Under the pieces are notes generated by a model. That model saw only the letters and a list, made by a program, of their open reading frames with translations. It searched no databases and had not been told where the DNA came from. A DNA stretch of 64,000 nucleotides, taken from NCBI GenBank assembly GCA_050294405.1, contig JBNKOC010000012.1, positions 224,001-288,000 of the forward strand. Direction: 5' to 3'. Position numbers and translations under genes: made by a program. Below, in pieces: positions 10,066 through 19,037 of this stretch. The DNA comes from Fibrobacteria bacterium (GTDB lineage: Bacteria > Fibrobacterota > Fibrobacteria > UBA11236 > JADFYW01). Within the stretch, counting starts at the first letter, position 1. Every line of letters begins with the position of its first letter.

Positions 10066-12801
10066 ATGAACAATCAAATCGAGCTTTTTAAAAACCCGAA
10101 GCTCGCATCTATTGATGTGAGCCACAATTCCCTGCGTTTGTTTTCTGATTTAGTTCAGGAAGCGTTTTATGAAAATGATTTTGCAAAACACAACCAGCAG
10201 GTAAAATCCTTAATCGCCCAACAAAAGGAAGCGATTCGCACTGGCAATAAAAACCCCGGCTCGGGAGTTTCAACAGTTAAATATATCAGCGAAATGGTAG
10301 ATGTTTTAATTCGCGGTATTTGGGACCAGTTGGAAATTAAAATGGAAAGCACTCAAAAGACCATAGCAATTGTGGCTGTGGGTGGCTATGGTCGATTGGA
10401 ATTGTGCCCCAATTCCGACATTGACTTGTTAATATTAACATCCAACAAAATCACCCAGGAAGAACAGGACCAGGCAGAAACCTTGGTGCGTAACTTATGG
10501 GATTATGGATTTGAAGTGGGATCTTCGGTTCGCTCTGTGAAGCAATGTGACGAGGCCATAAGCAACGATTTTGAAACCTGGACTTCTTTTTTAACGGAAA
10601 GATTTATTGCAGGCAATTATCAGGTGTATAAATCGTTTTTAAAATTGATTAACAAACCGGTAGTTCCCTGGAGGATTTCCCAGTTTTTAAAGTTTAAACT
10701 AAACGAACGCAAAAAAAGGATTCAAAAATTCGGCGGTTTAATTCAGTTATTGGAGCCTAATTTAAAAGAGGGAACTGGCTGTCTTAGGGATGTTCATACT
10801 ATTCAATGGATATCCCGTATTAAATTTGGCTGTAAATATTGGGAAGATTTGGTTCGGGAAGGCTTGATGGCGCCTCAAGAAATGGAGGAGCTTCGCAATG
10901 GTTACGAATTTTTGTTGCGGGCGCGCTGTTGTTTGCATTATGTAAATAATAAGAAAGAAGACTTTTTGGGTTTCCATATTCAGCCCGATGTGGCCCGGGA
11001 ATTTGGTTATGACGGAGAAGAAGGCGATCAAAATGTGGAGTGGTTTTTGCAATCTTTTTACCGGCACTCCAAGGCCATAAACCGTATTACCGAAAGCTTT
11101 TTAAGCCAGTGGGAAAAAAACACCTATCACGGCCAAATGTTAGGCCAAGTTAAAGGTCACAAAATATTTGCCCACGAAAAAGGCAGATTGGATTTAAACA
11201 GTCCCGTGGGAAATCCATTTAGCAATAATATTGGCCTTATGCTGGAATACTTTAGCCTGGCCAACACCACCGGGCTTGCCTTTGGCAACATGGCTTTACA
11301 CCGTATCCGTCAGGCAGTAAATACTATTCAAACAGACAAAGTGGACATCACCTCTTACATAAAACCCTTTTTGAATTTGTGCAAACGTCCCCAAAGAGTG
11401 GGTCGAATGCTAAGGGCTATGCATGAGGTAGGTTTGGTGGAACTAATAATCCCTGATTTCTTATATGTGAATTGCCATACCCAGCACAATATTTATCATA
11501 TTTACACCACCGATGAACACACCTTAACCGTGGTGAGGCAGCTGGCTTATTTAAAGGGCGATCCCAACCCCATGTTAGATACCCTTAAAGAAGCCTTTGG
11601 CCATGTAAAAAATATTGATGTGTTGATTTTATCCTGCATATACCACGATATTGCAAAAGCATTGCCCGGCGATCACAGCGAAGTAGGAGCGGAGCTTATC
11701 CGAAAATTTTTAAAGAAGGCTGGATTTTCCAATGAAGAATGCGAACAAGGCTCCATGATGGTGCTACATCATTTGGCCATGAATGAAATTGCCCAAAGGC
11801 GAAACTTGGATGATCCTAAAACTATTTCAGATTTTATTGAAAAAATAAAATCCCCTCAAAACCTTCATATGCTTTATGTATTAACTTATTGCGACATTTC
11901 CTCTGTGCATCCTGATGCCTGGTCTGATTGGAAAGCTGTTCTATTAAAAAAGCTTTATTTAAAAACATTAATTGAAATGGAGCAGCCTGATTATCGTGAA
12001 CATCTGCAAAAAAATATTGAAAAGAGGCTGATAAAGGCCTTAAAAGAAGAATACCCTCCCTCAATTACGGTAAATCACTTAAGACTAATGCCCAAACAAT
12101 ACCGAAGTTCTGTTGATGTGGAGACTTTAAAAAACCATTTGCAAATGGTGGAAAAGCTCAAAAGAAATAAAGTGGTCATTGAATTGACCAAGCGGGATAG
12201 TTATTACCGTATTTCTGTTGCGGCTGTTGACAGACCTTATTTGTTAGCCGCTTTGGCGGCAAGTTTTTCCTCTCATGGTGTTTCCATATCCAATGCAAAG
12301 ATATTTACCCGTTCGGATGGTGTGGCTATTGACGAATTCCAGTTTGCCGGCCATGAGGATGTTAAAATTAATTTACCTAACTTGCAGAAAAAAATTGAGC
12401 ATGAATTCAAAGCAAACTTAAAGCTTTCCCCCGATGAATTGTACGCCAAGCAAACCAAATTAAAGGCAAAACCTTTGTTTCCACAGGCCTATAAGCCCGC
12501 TAAAATAAGGCGTGCCTCCCATGTACCTTTTGGAGCTAAGTTCTCAAACAGGTACTCAGATAGCTTTAGCACGCTGGATTTAAGCTGTCTGGATGTGATG
12601 GGATTAATGTATTTAGTTACTAATGTATTCTCTAAACTGGAAATCCAGGTACATGGAGCCATCTTAACTACAGAAGCCGGAACGGCAATGGATGCTTTCT
12701 ATATTACTGATATGTTTAATCGGAAAATAGAGGATAAGGAAAAAATTTCCCTTATTACAAACCAAATGGAACAGGAAATAATTAAAAAAGTTTCAAGCTA
12801 A
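10066..12801 (+). CDS. glnD: [Protein-PII] uridylyltransferase / uridylyl-removing enzyme
   Basis: AVGGYGR...SDIDL NTase, EPNLKEGTGCLRD, HD domain (HDIAK), two C-terminal ACT domains. Confidence 0.93.
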   Translation: MNNQIELFKNPKLASIDVSHNSLRLFSDLVQEAFYENDFAKHNQQVKSLIAQQKEAIRTGNKNPGSGVSTVKYISEMVDVLIRGIWDQLEIKMESTQKTIAIVAVGGYGRLELCPNSDIDLLILTSNKITQEEQDQAETLVRNLWDYGFEVGSSVRSVKQCDEAISNDFETWTSFLTERFIAGNYQVYKSFLKLINKPVVPWRISQFLKFKLNERKKRIQKFGGLIQLLEPNLKEGTGCLRDVHTIQWISRIKFGCKYWEDLVREGLMAPQEMEELRNGYEFLLRARCCLHYVNNKKEDFLGFHIQPDVAREFGYDGEEGDQNVEWFLQSFYRHSKAINRITESFLSQWEKNTYHGQMLGQVKGHKIFAHEKGRLDLNSPVGNPFSNNIGLMLEYFSLANTTGLAFGNMALHRIRQAVNTIQTDKVDITSYIKPFLNLCKRPQRVGRMLRAMHEVGLVELIIPDFLYVNCHTQHNIYHIYTTDEHTLTVVRQLAYLKGDPNPMLDTLKEAFGHVKNIDVLILSCIYHDIAKALPGDHSEVGAELIRKFLKKAGFSNEECEQGSMMVLHHLAMNEIAQRRNLDDPKTISDFIEKIKSPQNLHMLYVLTYCDISSVHPDAWSDWKAVLLKKLYLKTLIEMEQPDYREHLQKNIEKRLIKALKEEYPPSITVNHLRLMPKQYRSSVDVETLKNHLQMVEKLKRNKVVIELTKRDSYYRISVAAVDRPYLLAALAASFSSHGVSISNAKIFTRSDGVAIDEFQFAGHEDVKINLPNLQKKIEHEFKANLKLSPDELYAKQTKLKAKPLFPQAYKPAKIRRASHVPFGAKFSNRYSDSFSTLDLSCLDVMGLMYLVTNVFSKLEIQVHGAILTTEAGTAMDAFYITDMFNRKIEDKEKISLITNQMEQEIIKKVSS

Positions 12802-12825
12802 TCTTGATTTTTTTATTCAATTTGC

Positions 12826-12854
12826 TTGACTAAACTAATTAATAACTTTATCAT
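12826..12854 (+). promoter_or_regulatory. Sigma70-type promoter of the histone-like gene
   Basis: TTGACT-N17-TATCAT; a second candidate TTGCAC-N16-TATAGT lies at 12916-12943. Confidence 0.6.
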
Positions 12855-13001
12855 AGTTAAGTCACAACCGTGGTAAGGATTTGGACTTAACAAAGTTCAC
12901 AGTTCATCAAATCAATTGCACCCACCAATACATTATGTATAGTAAGCTTGATTTGTCCCCATGGTATGTTCCATTTAACCGCCAAGAGAGGGGGTGATAG
13001 C

Positions 13002-13262
13002 ATGGCTGTAAAGAAGAAAAAAGCCACAAAGAAGAAAGTAGCCAAAAAGGCCACCAAGAAAAAAGTAGCTAAAAAAGCAACAAAAAAAGTTGCTAAGAAA
13101 GCCACTAAGAAAAAGGTAGCTAAAAAGGCAACTAAGAAGAAAGCTGCTAAGAAGGCTACTAAAAAAGCTGCTAAGAAAAAAGCAACTAAAAAGGTCGCCA
13201 AAAAGAAAGCAACAAAGAAAAAGGTTGCTAAGAAAAAAGCTGCTAAGAAAAAGAAAAAATAA
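13002..13262 (+). CDS. Histone H1-like, Lys/Ala-rich repeat nucleoid protein (Hc2/BpH1-like)
   Basis: RBS-like GAGGGGG before ATG 13002; 86 aa made of (V/A)AKK-ATKK(K) repeats; synonymous codon variation between repeats supports protein coding. Confidence 0.85.
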   Translation: MAVKKKKATKKKVAKKATKKKVAKKATKKVAKKATKKKVAKKATKKKAAKKATKKAAKKKATKKVAKKKATKKKVAKKKAAKKKKK

Positions 13263-13286
13263 TCCGCTGGATTCAGCGTTTTATAT

Positions 13287-13320
13287 AAAAGGGTCTACTG
13301 TTTTTCAGTGGGCCCTTTTT
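13287..13320. terminator. Bidirectional rho-independent terminator
   Basis: AAAAGGGTCTACTG-TTTTT-CAGTGGGCCCTTTTT hairpin with A-run and T-run flanks, between convergent genes. Confidence 0.8.
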
Positions 13321-13321
13321 A

Positions 13322-13620
13322 TGAGAACCTCTAAAAATGGGGCGTCGCATTGCTCCTTCAAGCTCGAATAGGTTAATCACAAGCCCCCTCGGGTGCCCTC
13401 GTGACATGATACATCGTTGTTTCTCATCGTCAAAATAGTCGTCACAAGTTCCACTTGTTTCCTTTAAGCTCAATAAGCATAGGCATTCAGGTTTCTCGGT
13501 TCCTCATTTACCAACAGTAAACTCCGGTTTTTGGGCGTCGCTTGGCTCCTTCAAGCTCGCGTTCCGCTTCGGTTCCTCTTCAAATGCCTCGTCTGATGTC
13601 ACGATCTTCAATTTTTAAAT
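13322..13620. repeat. Intergenic repeat element (degenerate MITE/REP-like)
   Basis: 27-nt direct repeat at 13340-13366 and 13533-13559 (25/27 identical); TCGGTTCCTC at 13496 and 13569; left end GAGAACCTCTAAAAAT resembles the TIR of the 48248 element. Confidence 0.5.
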
Positions 13621-13638
13621 TCCTTTACTCTAATCCAT

Positions 13639-15381
13639 TTACATGGATTCAATGGTTGGAATGCCAATAGACTCCAAAGCGTTTCCCAAAACTGTTTTAA
13701 TACAGTGTACCAGAAAGAGTCTTTCTCTTTCGGCATCGCTTCCCAAAACCCTGCAATTGTGAATAAACTTATGGGATTTATCCGCCAGGGACAACGCGTA
13801 TTGCCCCACTAAAAAGGGCTCTAATGCATCAACCGCAGCGAGAACTCGCTCAGGGAATTTAGATAAGGCGTTAATAATATCCTGCGTTTCAGGCTCTGTA
13901 AACAAATCGAAATTTAACTGGTTTATATCCCACTCTTTTTCAGAAAAGCCAGGGTCCTGTTCTGATTTTTTCCTCAATATGCTGCAAAGTCTAACATAAG
14001 CATTTAATACGTAAGGGCCAGTATCTCCTTCAAAACTGAGAACAGAGTCCCAATCAAATTTTACATCGTTAAGGCGCTTATTTTTAAGATCGTTAAACAC
14101 CAAGGCTCCCACAGCGATGTCCCTGGAAATCTTTTCTTTGTTTTCCAGTTCGGAATTTTTTTCCTCAACAATAGAGAGGATTTTTTGGCTGGCCTTGTTT
14201 AATACATCTTTTAAAAGAGAAGCTTGGCCTGCTCTGGTTTTGCCCTTTTCCCATTTTCCTTCTTCGTTTTTATTGAGGATTAATCCAAAGGGAATGTGTA
14301 CGCATTTGCTGTGCCAATCAAATCCCATTTTTTCCAATACCAAGAAAAGTTGCTTGAAATGAAGGGATTGGCCATTGTCTACCACATAGTAACATTTCTC
14401 AAAGTTGTACTCTTCCATCCGATAAATGGCTGCGCATAAATCCCGGGTGGCATAAACAGTGGAGCCATCGGATTTTTTTAACATTAGTGGCGGAAGCTCT
14501 TCCTGGGACAAATCCACAATTTGAGCGCCCTGGCTCTCGCTCCACAATCCCTTTGACTTTAAGTTTTCAATTAGTCCAGATGTATGGGGGATAAAAAAGG
14601 ATTCGCCTGTGTAATGATCAAATTCCACTCCCAGGATTTGGTATATTTTTTCCAGTTCCTTAATGGTGATTTTTTTGAAGTGTTGCCACATTCGTGTGTA
14701 AAGGGAGTCTCCCGATTCCAGTTTTTCAAATGCAGCTCTGGCTTCATCTTCCATTTGAGGGTTTTGCCCGGCTTCAATAGTAAATGATTTATACAGGTTA
14801 TTTAAATCGGAAATACTAAGGCTTTCCATGTAGGAATCATCCAGGGAAAGATTCTCTTTTAGGTACATGACAATGAGTTTTCCGTATGAGGTTCCCCAGT
14901 CGCCAAGGTGATTGATTCGCTCTAAGTGATATCCGCAAAGTTTGTGCAGGCGGCTTAAAGCATTTCCCAACATAGTTCCCCGGAGATGGTGGAAAGCCAA
15001 TTCTTTTCCGATATTTGGGGAGGAGTAGTCTATTACTATGGTTTTGTTTTTGCCTGTATTGTTGCTTCCGTATGTTTTTCCTTGCTGGTGGATTTTTTCC
15101 AACAGCTCTTTTTGAAAGCGAATTTTATCCAAACAAAAATTCAAATAGCCATTCACAGCTACAATTTTGGAAAAGCCTTGGGGAACTTCCAGTTTTTGCG
15201 CGAGTTCTTCGGCAATTAACTTGGGAGATTTTTTAAAAGTCTTGGCAAAGGGAAAGCAGGCTATGCTCAAATCCCCTTCCACATTTTTTGGGGCTTCTAA
15301 AATATTGGGAACCAGGGCTTCCCATTCCAGGTTTAAGGCGGGAGCTAAACATTGAGCTAAAGACTCTTTATAAGTATTCAT
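13639..15381 (-). CDS. argS: Arginine--tRNA ligase
   Basis: IVIDYSSPN, NHLGDWGT, KSDGSTVYATRD, GDTGPY..AYVR, C-terminal M. Confidence 0.95.
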   Translation of the reverse strand: MNTYKESLAQCLAPALNLEWEALVPNILEAPKNVEGDLSIACFPFAKTFKKSPKLIAEELAQKLEVPQGFSKIVAVNGYLNFCLDKIRFQKELLEKIHQQGKTYGSNNTGKNKTIVIDYSSPNIGKELAFHHLRGTMLGNALSRLHKLCGYHLERINHLGDWGTSYGKLIVMYLKENLSLDDSYMESLSISDLNNLYKSFTIEAGQNPQMEDEARAAFEKLESGDSLYTRMWQHFKKITIKELEKIYQILGVEFDHYTGESFFIPHTSGLIENLKSKGLWSESQGAQIVDLSQEELPPLMLKKSDGSTVYATRDLCAAIYRMEEYNFEKCYYVVDNGQSLHFKQLFLVLEKMGFDWHSKCVHIPFGLILNKNEEGKWEKGKTRAGQASLLKDVLNKASQKILSIVEEKNSELENKEKISRDIAVGALVFNDLKNKRLNDVKFDWDSVLSFEGDTGPYVLNAYVRLCSILRKKSEQDPGFSEKEWDINQLNFDLFTEPETQDIINALSKFPERVLAAVDALEPFLVGQYALSLADKSHKFIHNCRVLGSDAERERLFLVHCIKTVLGNALESIGIPTIESM

Positions 15382-15811
15382 CTGCGCCCTCACCTGTAGC
15401 CAAATTGGATTCAGATTCTTTTAACTCAGAATCGCTAAGTCCGAAATCTTCGGCAGCGAGTTCGTATTGAGGGGAATCTCTCCATAGGCGTTCCAGGGAG
15501 TAATAGGCACGTGTACCTTCTTCAAATACATGGAGTACAAACTCCCCACAGTCCAGTATTCCCCACTTTACTCCAGGACTATATTCCGTTTTAATGTGAG
15601 GCAGCTTTTTTTCTTTTAGCAGGCGTCCCATTTTTCGGATTATGGATTGCATTTGCACCTCTGATTGGCAGGTACATACAATAATAAAGTCATCGGTTAT
15701 GGTGGGGATTTTGCGAATGTCAATTAAAACCAGGTCTTCTGCTTTAAGTGCGTAGAGTTCAGATATACTGGCATTGAGGATTTTATTTTTTTTAAGTGTT
15801 GCTGGTATCAT
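15368..15811 (-). CDS. rsfS: Ribosome silencing factor
   Basis: KAEDLVLID, WGILDCGEFVLHVF...RAYYSLERLW. Confidence 0.9.
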   Translation of the reverse strand: MIPATLKKNKILNASISELYALKAEDLVLIDIRKIPTITDDFIIVCTCQSEVQMQSIIRKMGRLLKEKKLPHIKTEYSPGVKWGILDCGEFVLHVFEEGTRAYYSLERLWRDSPQYELAAEDFGLSDSELKESESNLATGEGADEYL

Positions 15812-16207
15812 TTATTTAATTCTCTTGTAATAATCCTTTCCCACGATGATGGTGGCATCTACCATTTGGGAAGAATCTATCATTTCAATAACATTATCCG
15901 TTTTTAATATTACCCCCAGATCCCTAGCCACTGCAAAACTGCTGGTTCGGGCAACTACTATAGTTTCCTTAAAATTCCAAAGGGGAGCGTTGCCAAACTC
16001 CACAATATCAAACCCGTGATCAATTAAGAAATTTCGAACTTCTTCTGCAGCTCCGGGAAAGCCACAGCCGTTAAGAACCTGAATTTGGCCAGTGTTCGGC
16101 TTGAACTCACTGGGCTCGGCCTTTTCCTGCTTACAGCCTATCACCCCGGTTGCCAGGGCCAGGAAAACCAATAAAAATGAATTTTGTAAATAATTCGAGA
16201 TTTTCAA
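15812..16207 (-). CDS. LytR C-terminal domain lipoprotein
   Basis: Lipobox VIGC; IQVLNGCGFPGAA...GNA...ATIIVGKDY. Confidence 0.8.
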   Translation of the reverse strand: MKISNYLQNSFLLVFLALATGVIGCKQEKAEPSEFKPNTGQIQVLNGCGFPGAAEEVRNFLIDHGFDIVEFGNAPLWNFKETIVVARTSSFAVARDLGVILKTDNVIEMIDSSQMVDATIIVGKDYYKRIK

Positions 16208-16226
16208 GATCTAATGGAGGAATTCA

Positions 16227-16724
16227 TTAGCGTGAATAAGAAGACCAATGCCCGAAGGGCCCATAGGCTTTATAAGCATCCTGTAAATTGAAATAATGCA
16301 GGGAAATGGAGCTATTTTCGGTGGGCTTGTACTCTAAACTAATTCTTGGGAGAATAAAGGAGCCAAAATTTTCCATGTTATCGCCCCGATACATATTACT
16401 GTAAATTCCAGAAGAATAAAAAGGAGTGTGCAGGCCAATGTCCATAGATAAAGTCAATGGTTCGGCCAACTGGTAGCTCAGAGAGTTTAAATAGACCCCC
16501 GAGGAAGCCATTCCACCTCCGCCATAGGACATGCTTGTGCTGTAGCTTTGTTGCATGGAAAAGCGGGAGGGATGCAATAATCCGTAGGAATGGGTTTGAG
16601 CTGAATAGGGATTATTTTCCATAACCTCTCTGGAAAATGGTTCTTTTTTAACCACAAGGGTATTGGGCTGCTCGGCGTTAGCGGCTAAAGATAAGAATAT
16701 TAATACCAAGGCAAATTTAAGCAT
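16227..16724 (-). CDS. Exported hypothetical protein
   Basis: Signal peptide (AANA); beta-rich body; ATG start in a co-oriented gene run. Confidence 0.6.
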   Translation of the reverse strand: MLKFALVLIFLSLAANAEQPNTLVVKKEPFSREVMENNPYSAQTHSYGLLHPSRFSMQQSYSTSMSYGGGGMASSGVYLNSLSYQLAEPLTLSMDIGLHTPFYSSGIYSNMYRGDNMENFGSFILPRISLEYKPTENSSISLHYFNLQDAYKAYGPFGHWSSYSR

Positions 16725-16756
16725 ATTTCAACCTGCTACCTATAATATAACATATA

Positions 16757-17113
16757 TTATTTAGCCGGGAGAGCCCGATTTTTTCCGTCTAATTTAAGTA
16801 TTTGAGGTTTATGAGTTTTTGCTTCATCGTTATTTAATTCGCAGAAGCTCATAATTATTACAATATCGCCTGGCACAGCCAAACGGGCGGCAGGCCCGTT
16901 AAGACAAATGGTGCCCGTGTTGGGTTCGCCTTCAATAATATAAGTTTCAAAGCGAGCGCCATTGTTGACGTTCACTACCAATACCTTTTCGTAGACCGCC
17001 ATGTCTGCCTGCTCAAGAAGGCTGGGGTCGATGGTGATAGACCCCTCATATTCAAGATTAGCTTCAGTTACAGTGGCGCGGTGGATTTTTGATCTAAGGA
17101 ATATTCTTTGCAT
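16757..17113 (-). CDS. panD: Aspartate 1-decarboxylase
   Basis: [21 protein letters not shown] self-cleavage site, RFETY, NGPAAR. Confidence 0.97.
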   Translation of the reverse strand: MQRIFLRSKIHRATVTEANLEYEGSITIDPSLLEQADMAVYEKVLVVNVNNGARFETYIIEGEPNTGTICLNGPAARLAVPGDIVIIMSFCELNNDEAKTHKPQILKLDGKNRALPAK

Positions 17114-17115
17114 TT

Positions 17116-17760
17116 TTAAAAATCAAGAGAGAATAAGGCCGAGGGCTCCAAGTTGGGAGAAAGGTTAAATGAAAATCTGGCAGCACCCTGGTTGTCGTGA
17201 TAACGGGTTCCCAGATACGCGTCTACTGCGCTGGTTCCCATACAAAGCAATACAATGATGGGGTAAATGGGATATATGGAATATTCGGGATCGGCCTCTG
17301 TACTGGATTGGGTCTCTTCCTGATGGAGGAAGGTCAATAAAAGGCTGGTGGCGGCAATTCCAGATAAAGCTCCGCCAAATTTATACCTATCTGTTTTAAA
17401 TTGATAAAACCCAGGTAAAACAAAAGACACAATGGGCATGTAGTTAAATTTGCTTTGGGTGTAGACTCTTCTATCCATATCGTCGTCTTCCATACCGGCT
17501 TTTTTGGAGTTTAGCCATTCGGTTTTGGAAACGCCTAACTTTTTCCAGGGTTCACTGTAATATTCAGAAGGCATAATTCCGTATTCCAACAACATTTCCA
17601 GTTCTTTTCTGGACATGCCCCTTTCTTTTACCAGCTCGAACTCTGTATTGGATATGCCTGCTTCTTTATAGTCAAAGCCGTACCATTCATCATCTTCCTG
17701 AGCAAAAACACTGAGCTGCAAAACAAAAAGGAATGTCAAACTATACAGAATTTTCTTCAT
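17116..17760 (-). CDS. Exported/membrane hypothetical protein
   Basis: Signal peptide, C-terminal hydrophobic helices; ends 2 nt upstream of panD. Confidence 0.6.
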   Translation of the reverse strand: MKKILYSLTFLFVLQLSVFAQEDDEWYGFDYKEAGISNTEFELVKERGMSRKELEMLLEYGIMPSEYYSEPWKKLGVSKTEWLNSKKAGMEDDDMDRRVYTQSKFNYMPIVSFVLPGFYQFKTDRYKFGGALSGIAATSLLLTFLHQEETQSSTEADPEYSIYPIYPIIVLLCMGTSAVDAYLGTRYHDNQGAARFSFNLSPNLEPSALFSLDF

Positions 17761-17874
17761 ATTCTTAATCTCCCGGCAGGGTGGTTGAATCTTTTTTTTT
17801 AAGATAGTAAAAAACCTGAATTTAGCTGTGGGCTTCCCTCAAAATTGCACACTTAAAGAGAAGAAAAAGAAAAA

Positions 17875-17958
17875 TGCCGAGGGGGGGACTCGAACCCCCA
17901 CAGGGTCGCCCCTACTGGATTTTGAGTCCAGCGCGTCTACCAGTTTCACCACCTCGGC
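17875..17958 (-). tRNA. tRNA-Leu(CAA), CCA not encoded
   Basis: Reverse complement GCCGAGG TGGTGAAACTGGTAGACGCG CTGGA CT CAA AA TCCAG, long variable arm, GGGGGTTCGAGTCCCC, CCTCGGC A. Confidence 0.97.
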
Positions 17959-17982
17959 GATTTTTGTGGCGAAAAATATAAT

Positions 17983-19032
17983 TCAATTTGGCAAAATCAC
18001 GTAATAAGAAAGGCCCTGAAGCGTTAATTTTTTTTCTCCGTATTCTTCGGCCTCACCGCGGTTTGGAAATCCCGGGACTCGTACCAGAAACATAGATTTC
18101 CCGTTGCGCATTTCAGAAAGTACAATGGCATCCACGCCTTTTTCTTTAAGCTGCTTTTTAAAAGCTAGTGCATTTTCCTGATTGGAGTAAGCTCCCAGTT
18201 GCAAGGCCACTTTGGGATCTTCTTTTGTGATTTTTACAGGAGGGCTTATTTCTACTTCTGTTTTTTGGGGACTTGCTTGTAGCTTTGGGGCAGTGGCAAT
18301 TATGGATTCCACGTCAATATCCAATAGGGATGTTTCCAGACAATGTGGACATTGGTAGGCCAGACTTTTTGCGAAAGCAATGGATTTGCTGTTGTCGGAG
18401 TCTTCTTGATTGTGAAAATATCCCAGCCAACCCAAGACGCCCCGGGTTTCGTGAGTTTGGTTTTCTCTGGCCATTTCCAGAATAGCCCCGGAGGCTTCCT
18501 TTTCACCTTTAAGCCATCTCAACTGGGAAATCCCTGCGATGGAAAGGGAGTATATCGGGTTTGTTTCGGGAATCATTTTTGAAGCGCTGCGAAAATGAAA
18601 TTCCGCGGAGTCTAAATAACTTTCCTTTTTCTTTCCGTATAGAGAGCATGTTAAGCCCATCCAGTAATGTGCTTTAGGGGCGAGCTTTCCTTCAAGGTTT
18701 TGTACTATACATTTTCGAAAATAATAGATGGACATGCCCAATTCCTCTTTGAGGTAATAGTAATGGGCTAATTGAAAGTAGGCGTCTTCCTTGGTAGAGT
18801 CGTTGACTCCGTGTTTATCCAGCCAACGGTAATTTTTAAATAAAAGGGAGGCATCCATTTCAAGTTTGCCTTCCAGGTATTTGGTAATGCTCTCTTCGGG
18901 ATAGCTGGTTTTAAATTTGGAAAAAACTTTGCGGGCCGAATCCAGTTTTCCCTGGGCGATGTATTGATTGACCTGGCTCACGGAGCCATACCCGAAGCTG
19001 GCCATTAAAACCAAAAGGCATATAAAAGACAT
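17983..19032 (-). CDS. TPR + SPOR domain periplasmic protein
   Basis: Signal peptide, TPR-like helices, C-terminal LQLGAYSNQENA...FLVRV SPOR motif. Confidence 0.8.
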   Translation of the reverse strand: MSFICLLVLMASFGYGSVSQVNQYIAQGKLDSARKVFSKFKTSYPEESITKYLEGKLEMDASLLFKNYRWLDKHGVNDSTKEDAYFQLAHYYYLKEELGMSIYYFRKCIVQNLEGKLAPKAHYWMGLTCSLYGKKKESYLDSAEFHFRSASKMIPETNPIYSLSIAGISQLRWLKGEKEASGAILEMARENQTHETRGVLGWLGYFHNQEDSDNSKSIAFAKSLAYQCPHCLETSLLDIDVESIIATAPKLQASPQKTEVEISPPVKITKEDPKVALQLGAYSNQENALAFKKQLKEKGVDAIVLSEMRNGKSMFLVRVPGFPNRGEAEEYGEKKLTLQGLSYYVILPN

Positions 19033-19037
19033 TTTTT

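Noticed and set aside
12887..13201. Antisense Phe/Leu/Ala-rich ORF resembling a membrane protein
   Set aside because: Mirror of the Lys/Ala repeat gene; promoter, RBS and terminator support the plus strand
13273..13473. 66-aa minus-strand ORF in the repeat region
   Set aside because: Runs through the terminator hairpin, has no recognisable motif and starts at a TTG with no obvious RBS
13340..13559. 27-nt direct repeats as a CRISPR array
   Set aside because: Only two good copies, 193 bp apart, no regular spacers and no cas genes in the window
17875..17958. tRNA as an integration site for an island or prophage
   Set aside because: No integrase, no duplicated tRNA 3' end seen, and housekeeping genes on both sides
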